From contig JBDRML010000016.1 in the NCBI GenBank assembly GCA_043812195.1, positions 64,001-128,000 on the forward strand: 64,000 nt of DNA, written 5' to 3'. Source of the stretch: Candidatus Woesearchaeota archaeon (lineage in GTDB: Archaea; Nanobdellota; Nanobdellia; SCGC-AAA011-G17; PNOQ01). Every line of letters begins with the position of its first letter. The first letter of the stretch is position 1. The notes beneath the pieces are model-generated. The model saw only the letters and a program-made list of their open reading frames with translations. It was not told the DNA's origin and searched no databases. This document shows positions 1 through 8,705 of the stretch, one piece after another. The position numbers and the translations under genes were made by a program.

Positions 1-487
1 CGAATACAACGTAAGCGAGAAAGTCTATTCCTTTATTAAGATTTCCATTAATAAAAATACAATTATCTTCCAAATAAAAATCTTCATCAGCAGACGAATC
101 TAATACAACCACAAAATTATCCCCATCACAATCAATAATAGGTAATGTGCTGTTATCATCCAAACTACCAAATTGACTAATTATACCAGCAGAAGTAAAA
201 ACATCTCTCAATCTGGCTCCCTGATACCCATTACTTTTATCAACAACATAAATCAAATTGCCTTTAATATCTATAGGACCCATATCTTCTACTTCACTTG
301 GCAAATATGTAAAAGTTTGATAAGAATTAGTTCTTGAAACAAAAGTGGCCCATCCTTGATCAGTTTGTTGAAATTTATATCCGTTGTATTTTTCAGAACC
401 ACCCCCACTATAAATAAATCCCAAAGTACTCATTACCATTATAAATATAATAAAAAGAGCTGCAAACAGATTTTTAGATTTTTTCAT
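1..487 (-). CDS. Membrane-anchored hypothetical protein (3' end outside window)
   Basis: ATG at 487 opens MKKSKNLFAALFIIFIMVMSTLGFIYSGGGSEKYNGYKF...; N-terminal TM; the frame stays open to the window edge; missing from the ORF track. Confidence 0.75.
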   Translation of the reverse strand, partial: MKKSKNLFAALFIIFIMVMSTLGFIYSGGGSEKYNGYKFQQTDQGWATFVSRTNSYQTFTYLPSEVEDMGPIDIKGNLIYVVDKSNGYQGARLRDVFTSAGIISQFGSLDDNSTLPIIDCDGDNFVVVLDSSADEDFYLEDNCIFINGNLNKGIDFLAYVVF

Positions 488-569
488 AAATAATTAGAAT
501 TTAATCTTAATTAAAAAGGTTTCGTAAAAAATTAAAAAGAAAAAAAGAAAGAAAAAGTGTAAAATTTAT

Positions 570-2777
570 TTACACTATTTGTTCTGTTCCAGTTAGGCCA
601 CTAGCTGCTACACTACTTGCTGCTCTTGCAGTATCTGCTTTCTCCCATCCAGCTACAATCAATGCCATCTTATCGCCATCTTCCATTAACTTAATAACGG
701 CTGTATCTGCTGCGATTCCAGAAGCACTTTCACAAGCTGGGTAAGTTAAGCTCATCCATTCTGCAGTTAAGCTATTAACACATGGTCCACCAACAAGGAT
801 TAAATTGTTATAACCAGCTGCTCCAGATTCAGTTACAAGTACTGCTTCAACATTTGTTGCTGCTCCACCTTCATAAACTCCTACATTAGCTTTTACCTGA
901 TCACCAGGAATTTGTAATGTAAACAAGTCGTTGTCTCCAGAAGAATCAGTTTCATCTGCCCTGATACCATATCCAGTTAACAAGTCATATTTCTTAGCTC
1001 CAACCATTACTCTTTCTACAGCAGTTGCAGTTGCACTTGGTGCCAATGTTGCTCCCCATACAACTTCAGTACTTTCAGAGTTATCTGTAGTTCCAAATCC
1101 TAGATAGTTACCAGCTGTAGCGTTTGTAGATTGTATTCTCCACCATAAGTTATCATTCACATCAGTTGCGTTATCTGGAATAATCCCTAAATACCATGCG
1201 TCATCTGCACCAATATCTCCGTATGATCCAAAAACCATATCTGTAGATTTAGTATTTCTGTAGTTCACATATCCCCATGCAGTATAATTAGCATTATTAG
1301 ATATATTTCCTGCGTGTTGCACCTTGTTATCTGAGTCTGTATAGAAGATTAAAGTTCTTCCTACATCCCTATCTGCTGTAGCAGAATTATTTCCAGCAAA
1401 AGTGGTATTAGTCCATAAAAAAATCTCGTCTGTTTTTATATCAGATGTTATCTTTGCTGTACCTGCAGCCTCTATTGCACTTTGATCAAGCACCAATCCC
1501 TCATTTTCATCAGACACTATAGAAATAACAATAGCTGCGCTTGGGAAAAGTCCTGCATTGGTAAGATCTTCTGTATTTTGACTATCTGTATAAATTTGTA
1601 CCTGCATATAGTCATCATCAGCCACATTGAAGTCTTTAACTCCTATGTAAGCATATCCCTCTGGCAATCCATAATACTCTCCAGTTCCAGCAGGGTCTTT
1701 ATTATAGTTATATGCTTCAAAGTCGTTTTCTATACAAACCTCATTAAAAGATCCAGATGCTCCAGATGTCAAAGCTCCTGCTTGCAATCCCTTAATATCC
1801 CAAACCCAATCAGGATTATTCTTATCACAATCAGGATCACCATGTGCGTCACTTGGAGAACAATATGTAGGATACTTATCTCCATCTTTATAAGTTACTC
1901 TAGCGTCTTCACCAATCACGAATGTTGCAACTGCTTCAGCTGCAGTACCAACACCAGCTATAGCAGAGTCCAAATAAACATCGATTTCTCCTTCAGAAAC
2001 TGTAGAACCTTCACTAATTGTTCTCTGGTCATTTCCAAAATCAATAATAGCACTAGTTCCATCTACAGCAACTACTTCCATTGTTATTCCATTACCAGAG
2101 TATACTTCTCCTGTGTGTCCAACCCAAGTATCACCAACTTGTGCAGTAAAAGATGAGTTGCTTGCAATAGCGTCAACTCTTAATGTCTTTCCTAAAAACA
2201 TCATATCAAATGGATTTGAAGTACTAACTATTCCACTCACATTAATATGTTCATCAAAAGTATAACAATACTTAATTGCATCTTTTCTAATCTCTAACTT
2301 AGGATCCCATTCATACTTATCATCACTACTTGTTAGACTAGTTTCCATATCAAAGTTATTAGCAGTAGCTGTTATTTGAAGTTCATGATGGTAATCATAA
2401 CTTGTTCCAGCAATACTCACTTCTGCATCATCAAAGATAGCAGAATCTGAGTCATCATAAATTGTATCCAAACCAGTACTTGTTGCAATGTTATCTTGTA
2501 ATTTAATTTCTTCTATCTGAATTAAATCCCCTAGACCTGCAGCTTCAGCTGTAGCTAAACCATCAAAATATGTTTTCAAAGTGCTTCTTGCAGCGTCATC
2601 ATTTGTTCCAGCAGCGCTACCTACAACCATTGCAGTATCTACATAAGAATCACTTACAATAAATGGCGCAGGTAAATCAGCTAAAGTTTCTCCAGCTGCG
2701 AATGCGCCCCCGAAAGCAGACAATAACATTAGTCCACCAGCACCAGCTGCTGCTACTTTTTTAATTATTCGTTTCAT
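570..2777 (-). CDS. S-layer protein
   Basis: Signal peptide; N-terminal LADLPAPFI..VVGS.A...D and C-terminal NLILVGGPCVN..IVAGW..DT..A motifs typical of archaeal S-layer proteins; strong SD (GAGGAGGTG). Confidence 0.85.
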   Translation of the reverse strand: MKRIIKKVAAAGAGGLMLLSAFGGAFAAGETLADLPAPFIVSDSYVDTAMVVGSAAGTNDDAARSTLKTYFDGLATAEAAGLGDLIQIEEIKLQDNIATSTGLDTIYDDSDSAIFDDAEVSIAGTSYDYHHELQITATANNFDMETSLTSSDDKYEWDPKLEIRKDAIKYCYTFDEHINVSGIVSTSNPFDMMFLGKTLRVDAIASNSSFTAQVGDTWVGHTGEVYSGNGITMEVVAVDGTSAIIDFGNDQRTISEGSTVSEGEIDVYLDSAIAGVGTAAEAVATFVIGEDARVTYKDGDKYPTYCSPSDAHGDPDCDKNNPDWVWDIKGLQAGALTSGASGSFNEVCIENDFEAYNYNKDPAGTGEYYGLPEGYAYIGVKDFNVADDDYMQVQIYTDSQNTEDLTNAGLFPSAAIVISIVSDENEGLVLDQSAIEAAGTAKITSDIKTDEIFLWTNTTFAGNNSATADRDVGRTLIFYTDSDNKVQHAGNISNNANYTAWGYVNYRNTKSTDMVFGSYGDIGADDAWYLGIIPDNATDVNDNLWWRIQSTNATAGNYLGFGTTDNSESTEVVWGATLAPSATATAVERVMVGAKKYDLLTGYGIRADETDSSGDNDLFTLQIPGDQVKANVGVYEGGAATNVEAVLVTESGAAGYNNLILVGGPCVNSLTAEWMSLTYPACESASGIAADTAVIKLMEDGDKMALIVAGWEKADTARAASSVAASGLTGTEQIV

Positions 2778-3108
2778 TTAATCTAAACACCTCCTCGTGT
2801 TCATTTTTTCATTGTATCAAGAACACTGTCACCTCTACAAATGTCATACTGTCGTCTTATTAATCTTAATTAAATCTAACGCATTTCGTCTATTTATAAA
2901 CATTTATACACTATAGTAAACAAAATAATGTCAATTCCTTATAATTTAGCAATTTCAAGCCCCAATTCCTTATAATTTCAATTATAGAAGATACTTCTAT
3001 AAAAAACATCATTTCTCACAAATTACAACATAAAATATCTTTCATCAAAAATTTGAAAAGCTTTTTATATTGATAGTAATTCCCACCCAACAATAGAAAA
3101 ACTTATAA

Positions 3109-4097
3109 ATGTAGTCACCCATATATTAAATATGAATTTAGAAGTAAGAAATGTTGGGAAAAAGAAAAAGTATTATTTAGCTCACTCATTCAGAGAAGGA
3201 AAAAAAGTAAAGAAAATAAGAAGATATTTAGGCTCAAATCTAAATAAAATTCAACTAGAAAAACTAAAAGAAAGATCAGAAGAAATCATAAAGCAACAAA
3301 TAGAAAACTATAAGATCATAGCAGATCCATTAAAACACGAATTAACAGAAAAAGAATTAGAATTCCTAAAAAATTTAGAAACAAAAGGAAAAATAGAAAT
3401 AAAACATCTTTCCAAAGAGCAATGGACTAAATTCACAGAGCTTTTTACATATAACACAAATGCCATTGAAGGCTCTGAAGTAAATCAAAAAGAAGTTAAA
3501 GAAATTTTAGAAGAAAACAAATGGCCAAAAGAAGTAGATAGGGAAGATATTTCAGAAACATACGGGGTAGCAGAAGCAATTGAATTCATAAGAAAAACAA
3601 AAGAACATATATCCCTTTCCTTGATTAAAAAAATACACCAAATAATTTTCAAAAATTCCAAATCATTTGCAGGGAAATTTAGAACCAAAGGTATTGAAGT
3701 AGCTATTAGGGATAAATTAGGAAATATAGCCCATATAGGGGCTCCTGCCAATAGAATTAGAGGATTATTAGAAGAACTAATAGATTGGCATAATAAAAAT
3801 AAGAATAAATATCCCCCAATACTATTAGCCGCTGTTGTTCATAATCAATTTGAAAATATCCACCCTTTTCAAGATGGCAATGGGAGAGTGGGAAGGCTAT
3901 TGTTAAATAATATTTTATTAAAAAATAACCTGCCTCCAGTAAATATAAGTCTTGGAAATAGAAGAGAATATTATTCAACTCTACAATCTTATCAAAAAAA
4001 AGGAGACATAAAACCCACAATTAAATTGATTTTAAAAGAATATAAAGAATTAAAGAAAGAATTAGGTGTCTACAAAAATTAATGATGTAGTCACCCA
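3109..4097. promoter_or_regulatory. ATGTAGTCACCCA motif pair flanking fic (3109-3121, 4085-4097) plus an inverted copy at 4065-4074
   Basis: Identical 13-mers, the first directly after the TTATAAA TATA box; GGTGTCTACA is a 9/10 inverted match. Confidence 0.6.
3132..4082 (+). CDS. Fic family protein with N-terminal beta-sheet domain
   Basis: Canonical Fic motif HPFQDGNGRVGR; TYNTNAIEG helix. Confidence 0.92.
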   Translation: MNLEVRNVGKKKKYYLAHSFREGKKVKKIRRYLGSNLNKIQLEKLKERSEEIIKQQIENYKIIADPLKHELTEKELEFLKNLETKGKIEIKHLSKEQWTKFTELFTYNTNAIEGSEVNQKEVKEILEENKWPKEVDREDISETYGVAEAIEFIRKTKEHISLSLIKKIHQIIFKNSKSFAGKFRTKGIEVAIRDKLGNIAHIGAPANRIRGLLEELIDWHNKNKNKYPPILLAAVVHNQFENIHPFQDGNGRVGRLLLNNILLKNNLPPVNISLGNRREYYSTLQSYQKKGDIKPTIKLILKEYKELKKELGVYKN

Positions 4098-4144
4098 ACA
4101 TCAAAACATTATTTTTTACAAATTACAACATAAAACTCAAATGC

Positions 4145-5413
4145 CTATAACAACCATTTCCACAAAGAAATATATTTTATCTTTTTACCATTAATTCTCT
4201 CTTCACCATCCTTATCATTGGTTATAATAACTAAATTATTGCATTTAAGCTCTATACTCGCTTTCAATAATGATTTAATCTCTCTGCTTTTCGTATTTTC
4301 ACTTTCAATATCATAGCATACCTGAATTAGTTCTTTAATCTTTAATCCTTCCTTAACAACAAAATCAACTTCATTTTGTTGATGGTCCTTCCAATAATAA
4401 ACTTCAGTATTAATTTTATCGTTTTTGAACTTTCTTCTTAATAATTCTATAACGACTATATTTTCGAATAATTTACCATTATCTTTCGACAACCTAAAAC
4501 TAACAAAATTGCAGAATCCATGATCAACAGAATAAACCTTTTTAGGAGCAATTATTTGCTGTTTCAATTTATTTGAATATCTTTCCAAAACTATTATCAA
4601 AAAAGCTTCCTTTAAATAATTAACATAGTTTTTAATCGTATGAGGATCTTTTATATTAAATATTTTAGAAAGTTTTGAATATGTAAATTCACTAGAAAAA
4701 TTGCTTATGAGATAGCTAGAAAGTTCTCTAAAAGTGCCTTTTTTTTCAATAGCATATCTTCTCAAACAATCTTTGTTTATTATATCCTCGTAAATTCTCA
4801 CAACCATATTTGAGCCAAACTTTGCAAATTCAGGAAATCCGCTGCCATGAAGATACTTATTAAACTCCCGCCTTATTTTGGCGCGATCTTCAGTTGCATA
4901 AATATTAGGCTTAAAGCTTAATGTTTCTTTAAATGAAAACGGATATAAAACAAAATCTATGTATCTGCCAGTTAAATGAGTAGCTAACTCACCGGATAAT
5001 AATTTAGAATTACTGCCGGTTATAATAACTTTCTTGCTTCTTCTAAGCCTTGTCGCAAATAATTCCCAGCCAGTTACATTTTGAATTTCATCCAAAACTA
5101 CAAGGTCTATATCACCATACATTTCATAAAATGCTTCCAATATTTTATTCAAATCAGATGTCTTGACATTAATCAGCCTTTCATCGTCAAAGTTTATATA
5201 AGCAAAATTTTGTTTTAATTCTTTTGATAAAATCAGAGAAAAAATAGACTTTCCGCTTCTTCTAACACCAAGTATAGCAAGTATATTAGGATACTTAAGA
5301 TATTTTTTCTCGTAGTCTATGAGCTCTCTTTCTACTATTTTCTCTTCACTAAATTTCTTTTCCAGCTCTCTCCTTTGGTCTTCTATTATCCTTTTTAGTA
5401 TCTCTAATTGCAT
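4145..5413 (-). CDS. AAA_14 / DUF4143 ATP-binding protein
   Basis: Walker A GVRRSGKS, Walker B LDEIQ, TGSNS, LTGR, C-terminal EVDFV; ATG at 5413 is the likely start. Confidence 0.9.
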   Translation of the reverse strand: MQLEILKRIIEDQRRELEKKFSEEKIVERELIDYEKKYLKYPNILAILGVRRSGKSIFSLILSKELKQNFAYINFDDERLINVKTSDLNKILEAFYEMYGDIDLVVLDEIQNVTGWELFATRLRRSKKVIITGSNSKLLSGELATHLTGRYIDFVLYPFSFKETLSFKPNIYATEDRAKIRREFNKYLHGSGFPEFAKFGSNMVVRIYEDIINKDCLRRYAIEKKGTFRELSSYLISNFSSEFTYSKLSKIFNIKDPHTIKNYVNYLKEAFLIIVLERYSNKLKQQIIAPKKVYSVDHGFCNFVSFRLSKDNGKLFENIVVIELLRRKFKNDKINTEVYYWKDHQQNEVDFVVKEGLKIKELIQVCYDIESENTKSREIKSLLKASIELKCNNLVIITNDKDGEERINGKKIKYISLWKWLL

Positions 5414-5632
5414 AGGAATCAAAACACAAACATCTTTATAAAGTTTGCGGTTACGAACTACATACTTTTAAACCTTTATTTTTCACAAATTACAACATAA
5501 AATTCAAATTCCCAAGATCTCCTAAAAGATTCAGAATTAATGCCTAAAAAACAATCTCCAACTACGCTCAAACTATGCCATTATTCACAAAAAGTTTAGT
5601 ATTCTTAAATAAAAAGTGAATAATAGAAACAT

Positions 5633-6043
5633 TTATTTTTCACAAATTACAACATAAAATTCAAACTCTCCAGACCTTCTAAAAGATTCAGAATTAATGC
5701 CTAAAAAACAATCTCCAACTCTAATTTCTTCACCACTACTGCATTCCATTACAAATCCAGAATCCTCATCAACAAAATTCATATTCCCAGATACAAAATT
5801 TCTCAATGTATTACAATCAACTTCTTCACCCAAACAACAACTAGTTGCTAAATCTCCAAAATTAGTTCCGCTAACATCAGCTTTAGCCAAAGCATTAGCA
5901 AAATTATACGCTTTATTATTCAAATAAACATTCCTATCATCTCCTCCACTCCTAGAAAACAATAAAGCAAACAACCCAATAAACACAACTAACAAAACAA
6001 TAATAACCAATCCAAATGTTTCTATTTGTCCTTTTTTAAACAT
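5633..6043 (-). CDS. Class III signal peptide (pilin-like) protein
   Basis: MFKKG/QIETFGLVIIV followed by a hydrophobic stretch. Confidence 0.7.
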   Translation of the reverse strand: MFKKGQIETFGLVIIVLLVVFIGLFALLFSRSGGDDRNVYLNNKAYNFANALAKADVSGTNFGDLATSCCLGEEVDCNTLRNFVSGNMNFVDEDSGFVMECSSGEEIRVGDCFLGINSESFRRSGEFEFYVVICEK

Positions 6044-6488
6044 ACCTCTCTACCTCCAGAACACCAACATAATACTTCTCATCCCATGCATTATACACAC
6101 TAACAGGACTAGTTATTTTTCTTATTCCAGTATAACTTGATAATTTATTATCATACAAAACTAAAGTATCAGCAGAAACTTTCAATGTAATTTTCTTATA
6201 ACCGAACAAATTCTTATAATATTCATTATCACTCACATCAGCAAAAGCTCTTGCCTTATAAAAATCAATACTTCCTTTTTGATCTCCTCTAACAGAATAA
6301 CTCAATTCAGGCATACTAGGAACAAAACTAATCATATCTTCAAATTTATCTTCTTGATACTTCTCATTTAGATTCTCAATAGATCTAATTTGAAATTGAT
6401 AAAACAAAACAAAACCAATCAATAAAATAACCACAACTATAAATATAACAAATCCTGTTTCCTGTATTTGTAATTGTCCTTTTTTCAT
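6036..6488 (-). CDS. Class III signal peptide (pilin-like) protein
   Basis: MKKG/QLQIQET plus TM. Confidence 0.7.
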   Translation of the reverse strand: MKKGQLQIQETGFVIFIVVVILLIGFVLFYQFQIRSIENLNEKYQEDKFEDMISFVPSMPELSYSVRGDQKGSIDFYKARAFADVSDNEYYKNLFGYKKITLKVSADTLVLYDNKLSSYTGIRKITSPVSVYNAWDEKYYVGVLEVERYV

Positions 6489-7309
6489 TAATAAATTACC
6501 TCACAACCATGATTATCCAAAGCCTCATTCAAACTAATAATTGAATTAATATTATCATCTCTTAAAGCACCTATAATTTGTCCATATTCAGCACATTTAC
6601 TTCCAAAATATTGTGCCTTCTTGATATAAAGTTCTTTCAAACTATTCTTCCTTTCTTCTAAATAATTCTTACTACATTCAAAAACATCCGGACTTGAAAA
6701 CATCGCACCATAAACAAAAACATTATCTCCATTATAATTAAAATATTTATCTTCATTAACATACCAAATCTGATTTCCATTAAAAGCTATAACTTTTTTA
6801 TTAGGATTAGGTTCAGCACCTCCAAAATAAACCAAAACATCAGCATTCCCTTCACTAGTTATTTTCAATTCATTAGGTATCTCATCCATAAATTCTTCAT
6901 TAACACCAGAAAAATAAAATTTCAAATCAGAATTCCATAAATAAACCACAGTATCAATCAAATAAGGTTTTTCATAATTCTGACTCCACATACTAAAAGG
7001 ACCTTCGCTTTTATCTTCAACAAAGATTACACTACTAGATTCAATAGACTGATCTTCATTAATATACATCCTCTCACAATTATATTCTAAAACAAAATCT
7101 GAAAAATCTTCTCCAAAAACTTTATACTGAGAAATTCCTTTAGCACCCAAAATAGAACTATCCAAAGCCCTTACAATCTTACCATTTTCTTTACTCTGCT
7201 CTAAATCAATATATCTTACACTAAAGAATGCAAAAAATATTAAAAACAACGCACCAGCAATAATAACAAAAATCCAATTAAACTGAATGCCCTGACCTCT
7301 TTTTTCCAT
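6488..7309 (-). CDS. Class III signal peptide (pilin-like) protein
   Basis: MEKRG/QGIQFNWIFVII plus TM. Confidence 0.7.
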   Translation of the reverse strand: MEKRGQGIQFNWIFVIIAGALFLIFFAFFSVRYIDLEQSKENGKIVRALDSSILGAKGISQYKVFGEDFSDFVLEYNCERMYINEDQSIESSSVIFVEDKSEGPFSMWSQNYEKPYLIDTVVYLWNSDLKFYFSGVNEEFMDEIPNELKITSEGNADVLVYFGGAEPNPNKKVIAFNGNQIWYVNEDKYFNYNGDNVFVYGAMFSSPDVFECSKNYLEERKNSLKELYIKKAQYFGSKCAEYGQIIGALRDDNINSIISLNEALDNHGCEVIY

Positions 7310-7414
7310 AACCTAAATTCAGAATTATTATTTAAATAGATTGTGTTAAGGTAAAAACCCAAAGGTTTATATATATTAACGTATTTATGTTTTTTAACGT
7401 AAGGAGGTTTAAAA

Positions 7415-7657
7415 ATGGTGAGCATCACATTATCTGTCCCAGAAGAAATTAAAAAAAGCATGGAAACATTTTCAGAAATAAACTGGTCTGGATTTGTCAG
7501 AAAATCCATCATAGAAAAAACACAAGAACTAACAAAAAAAGAAGAGTTATTAAAAGAATTAGAAAAAGAAAAAGATATAATAGATTGGTCTGTAAAACTT
7601 CAAAGAGTATCAAGGAAAGGAAGATTCCAAGATTTAAAAAAGAAGGGATTAATATGA
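7415..7657 (+). CDS. RHH/CopG-like antitoxin (VapB-like)
   Basis: MVSITLSVPEEIKKSM..INWSGFVRKSI RHH pattern; SD AGGAGG; ATGA overlap with the PIN gene. Confidence 0.8.
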   Translation: MVSITLSVPEEIKKSMETFSEINWSGFVRKSIIEKTQELTKKEELLKELEKEKDIIDWSVKLQRVSRKGRFQDLKKKGLI

Positions 7658-8082
7658 AATTGGTAACTGATACAAACATATTATTCACTTTTTTCTGGAA
7701 AAACTCCTATACAAGAAAATTATTCATAAATCAAGATTTAGAATTAATATCTCCAGAATTCGCTTTAGAAGAAATAAAAAAATATTCCGAAGAAATAATT
7801 AGAAGAGCAAAAATATCAAAAAAAGAATTTCAGGATATCAGAAAAGAACTCGCTCTTATGGTTGAATTTATACCTTTAAAAGAATATTCAGAATATTTAA
7901 AAAAAGCATCAGAAATTTCTTATGATAAAGATGATGTTGATTTTATTGCTTTAGCTTTAAAACTAAAATCCCCCATATGGTCTAATGATAAAGAATTTAA
8001 GAAACAAAATAAAATTAAAGTTTACTCTACTCTAGAAGTTTTAAAAGAATTAAACTATGGATCAATTAATAATGAAAAGTAA
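7654..8082 (+). CDS. PIN domain toxin (VapC-like)
   Basis: LVTDTNIL...DKDDVDFIALA..IWSNDK; start moved to ATG 7654. Confidence 0.85.
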   Translation: MKLVTDTNILFTFFWKNSYTRKLFINQDLELISPEFALEEIKKYSEEIIRRAKISKKEFQDIRKELALMVEFIPLKEYSEYLKKASEISYDKDDVDFIALALKLKSPIWSNDKEFKKQNKIKVYSTLEVLKELNYGSINNEK

Positions 8083-8209
8083 AAAAATGCCAGAAAATCC
8101 TTTAAAAGATTGTTTAGGAATTCTAAAAAAAGATAAAGAATGGGAAGAATTAGAAAAAAATCTAAAAATAGATTGGAAAAATTTTAACGAAAAATTAAAA
8201 AGGACTTAA
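8072..8209 (+). CDS. Small 45-aa ORF, possibly an antitoxin C-terminal remnant
   Basis: MKSKKMPENPLKDCLGILKKDKEWEELEKNLKIDWK..; resembles the L..FG.LK tail of AbrB-type VapB. Confidence 0.35.
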   Translation: MKSKKMPENPLKDCLGILKKDKEWEELEKNLKIDWKNFNEKLKRT

Positions 8210-8213
8210 AGGA

Positions 8214-8705
8214 TTAAATATGTTCCGCTAATACTAATTCTCCTTTATTAGTAAATCTAATGTCAATTTTATTATCAATTAAGTTATCACATAATGGATT
8301 CAAACCTTCAATATAAATTCTTTCGAATTCTTTAGATCTTAATTTCTCATCAGCAAAAAACACATTTTCATCTTGAAAACCAGAATAAGACAAATTAATA
8401 AATTCTCTCAAATTAAAATTATTAACCAAACTTAAATCAATTTCACTATTTCTATCAATAATACAAATTTCAGAAATACTATTTGGAATATTAATATTTT
8501 CTAAAGACATTATACTTCCAAAACTATCATGATAAACCTTACTTTCAACTTCCTCTATATCACTAACAAATCTTTGATACTCAACTTCCTGTCCAGTATT
8601 TATAACATTAATAATAGCTTTCACTCCAAAAAATAAAATAATAGCAGCAACTATCAAAAGAAAAATATACACAAAAGGTTGCCCCATTAATTGTCCTTTT
8701 CTCAT
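8214..8705 (-). CDS. Class III signal peptide (pilin-like) protein
   Basis: MRKG/QLMGQPFVYIF plus TM. Confidence 0.7.
   Translation of the reverse strand: MRKGQLMGQPFVYIFLLIVAAIILFFGVKAIINVINTGQEVEYQRFVSDIEEVESKVYHDSFGSIMSLENINIPNSISEICIIDRNSEIDLSLVNNFNLREFINLSYSGFQDENVFFADEKLRSKEFERIYIEGLNPLCDNLIDNKIDIRFTNKGELVLAEHI

Larger units (their letters stand above)
3009..5720. repeat. Four direct copies of the 3' end of the 5633..6043 gene (3009-3035, 4109-4141, 5476-5563, 5633-5720)
   Basis: Core ACAAATTACAACATAAAA in all four; the 5476-5563 copy is 83/88 identical to the gene end. Confidence 0.9.

Noticed and set aside
1482-2156. Antisense or alternative-frame ORFs in the track (e.g. 1482-2156, 14513-14824, 31459-31767, 41805-42266, 63442-63891)
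   Set aside because: They shadow well-supported genes and have no recognisable motifs
2778-2850. Riboswitch or uORF in the S-layer leader (AACAC-GAGGAG-GTGTT hairpin over the SD)
   Set aside because: Only a 5-bp stem and an 8-codon ORF; this is expected by chance without comparative data
5476-5720. DGR template/variable repeat pair
   Set aside because: Mismatches are not adenine-specific in either direction, and no reverse transcriptase is in the window
3009-5720. CRISPR array or integron attC sites
   Set aside because: Spacing is gene-sized and irregular, the repeats are coding-derived and non-palindromic, and no cas or intI gene is present
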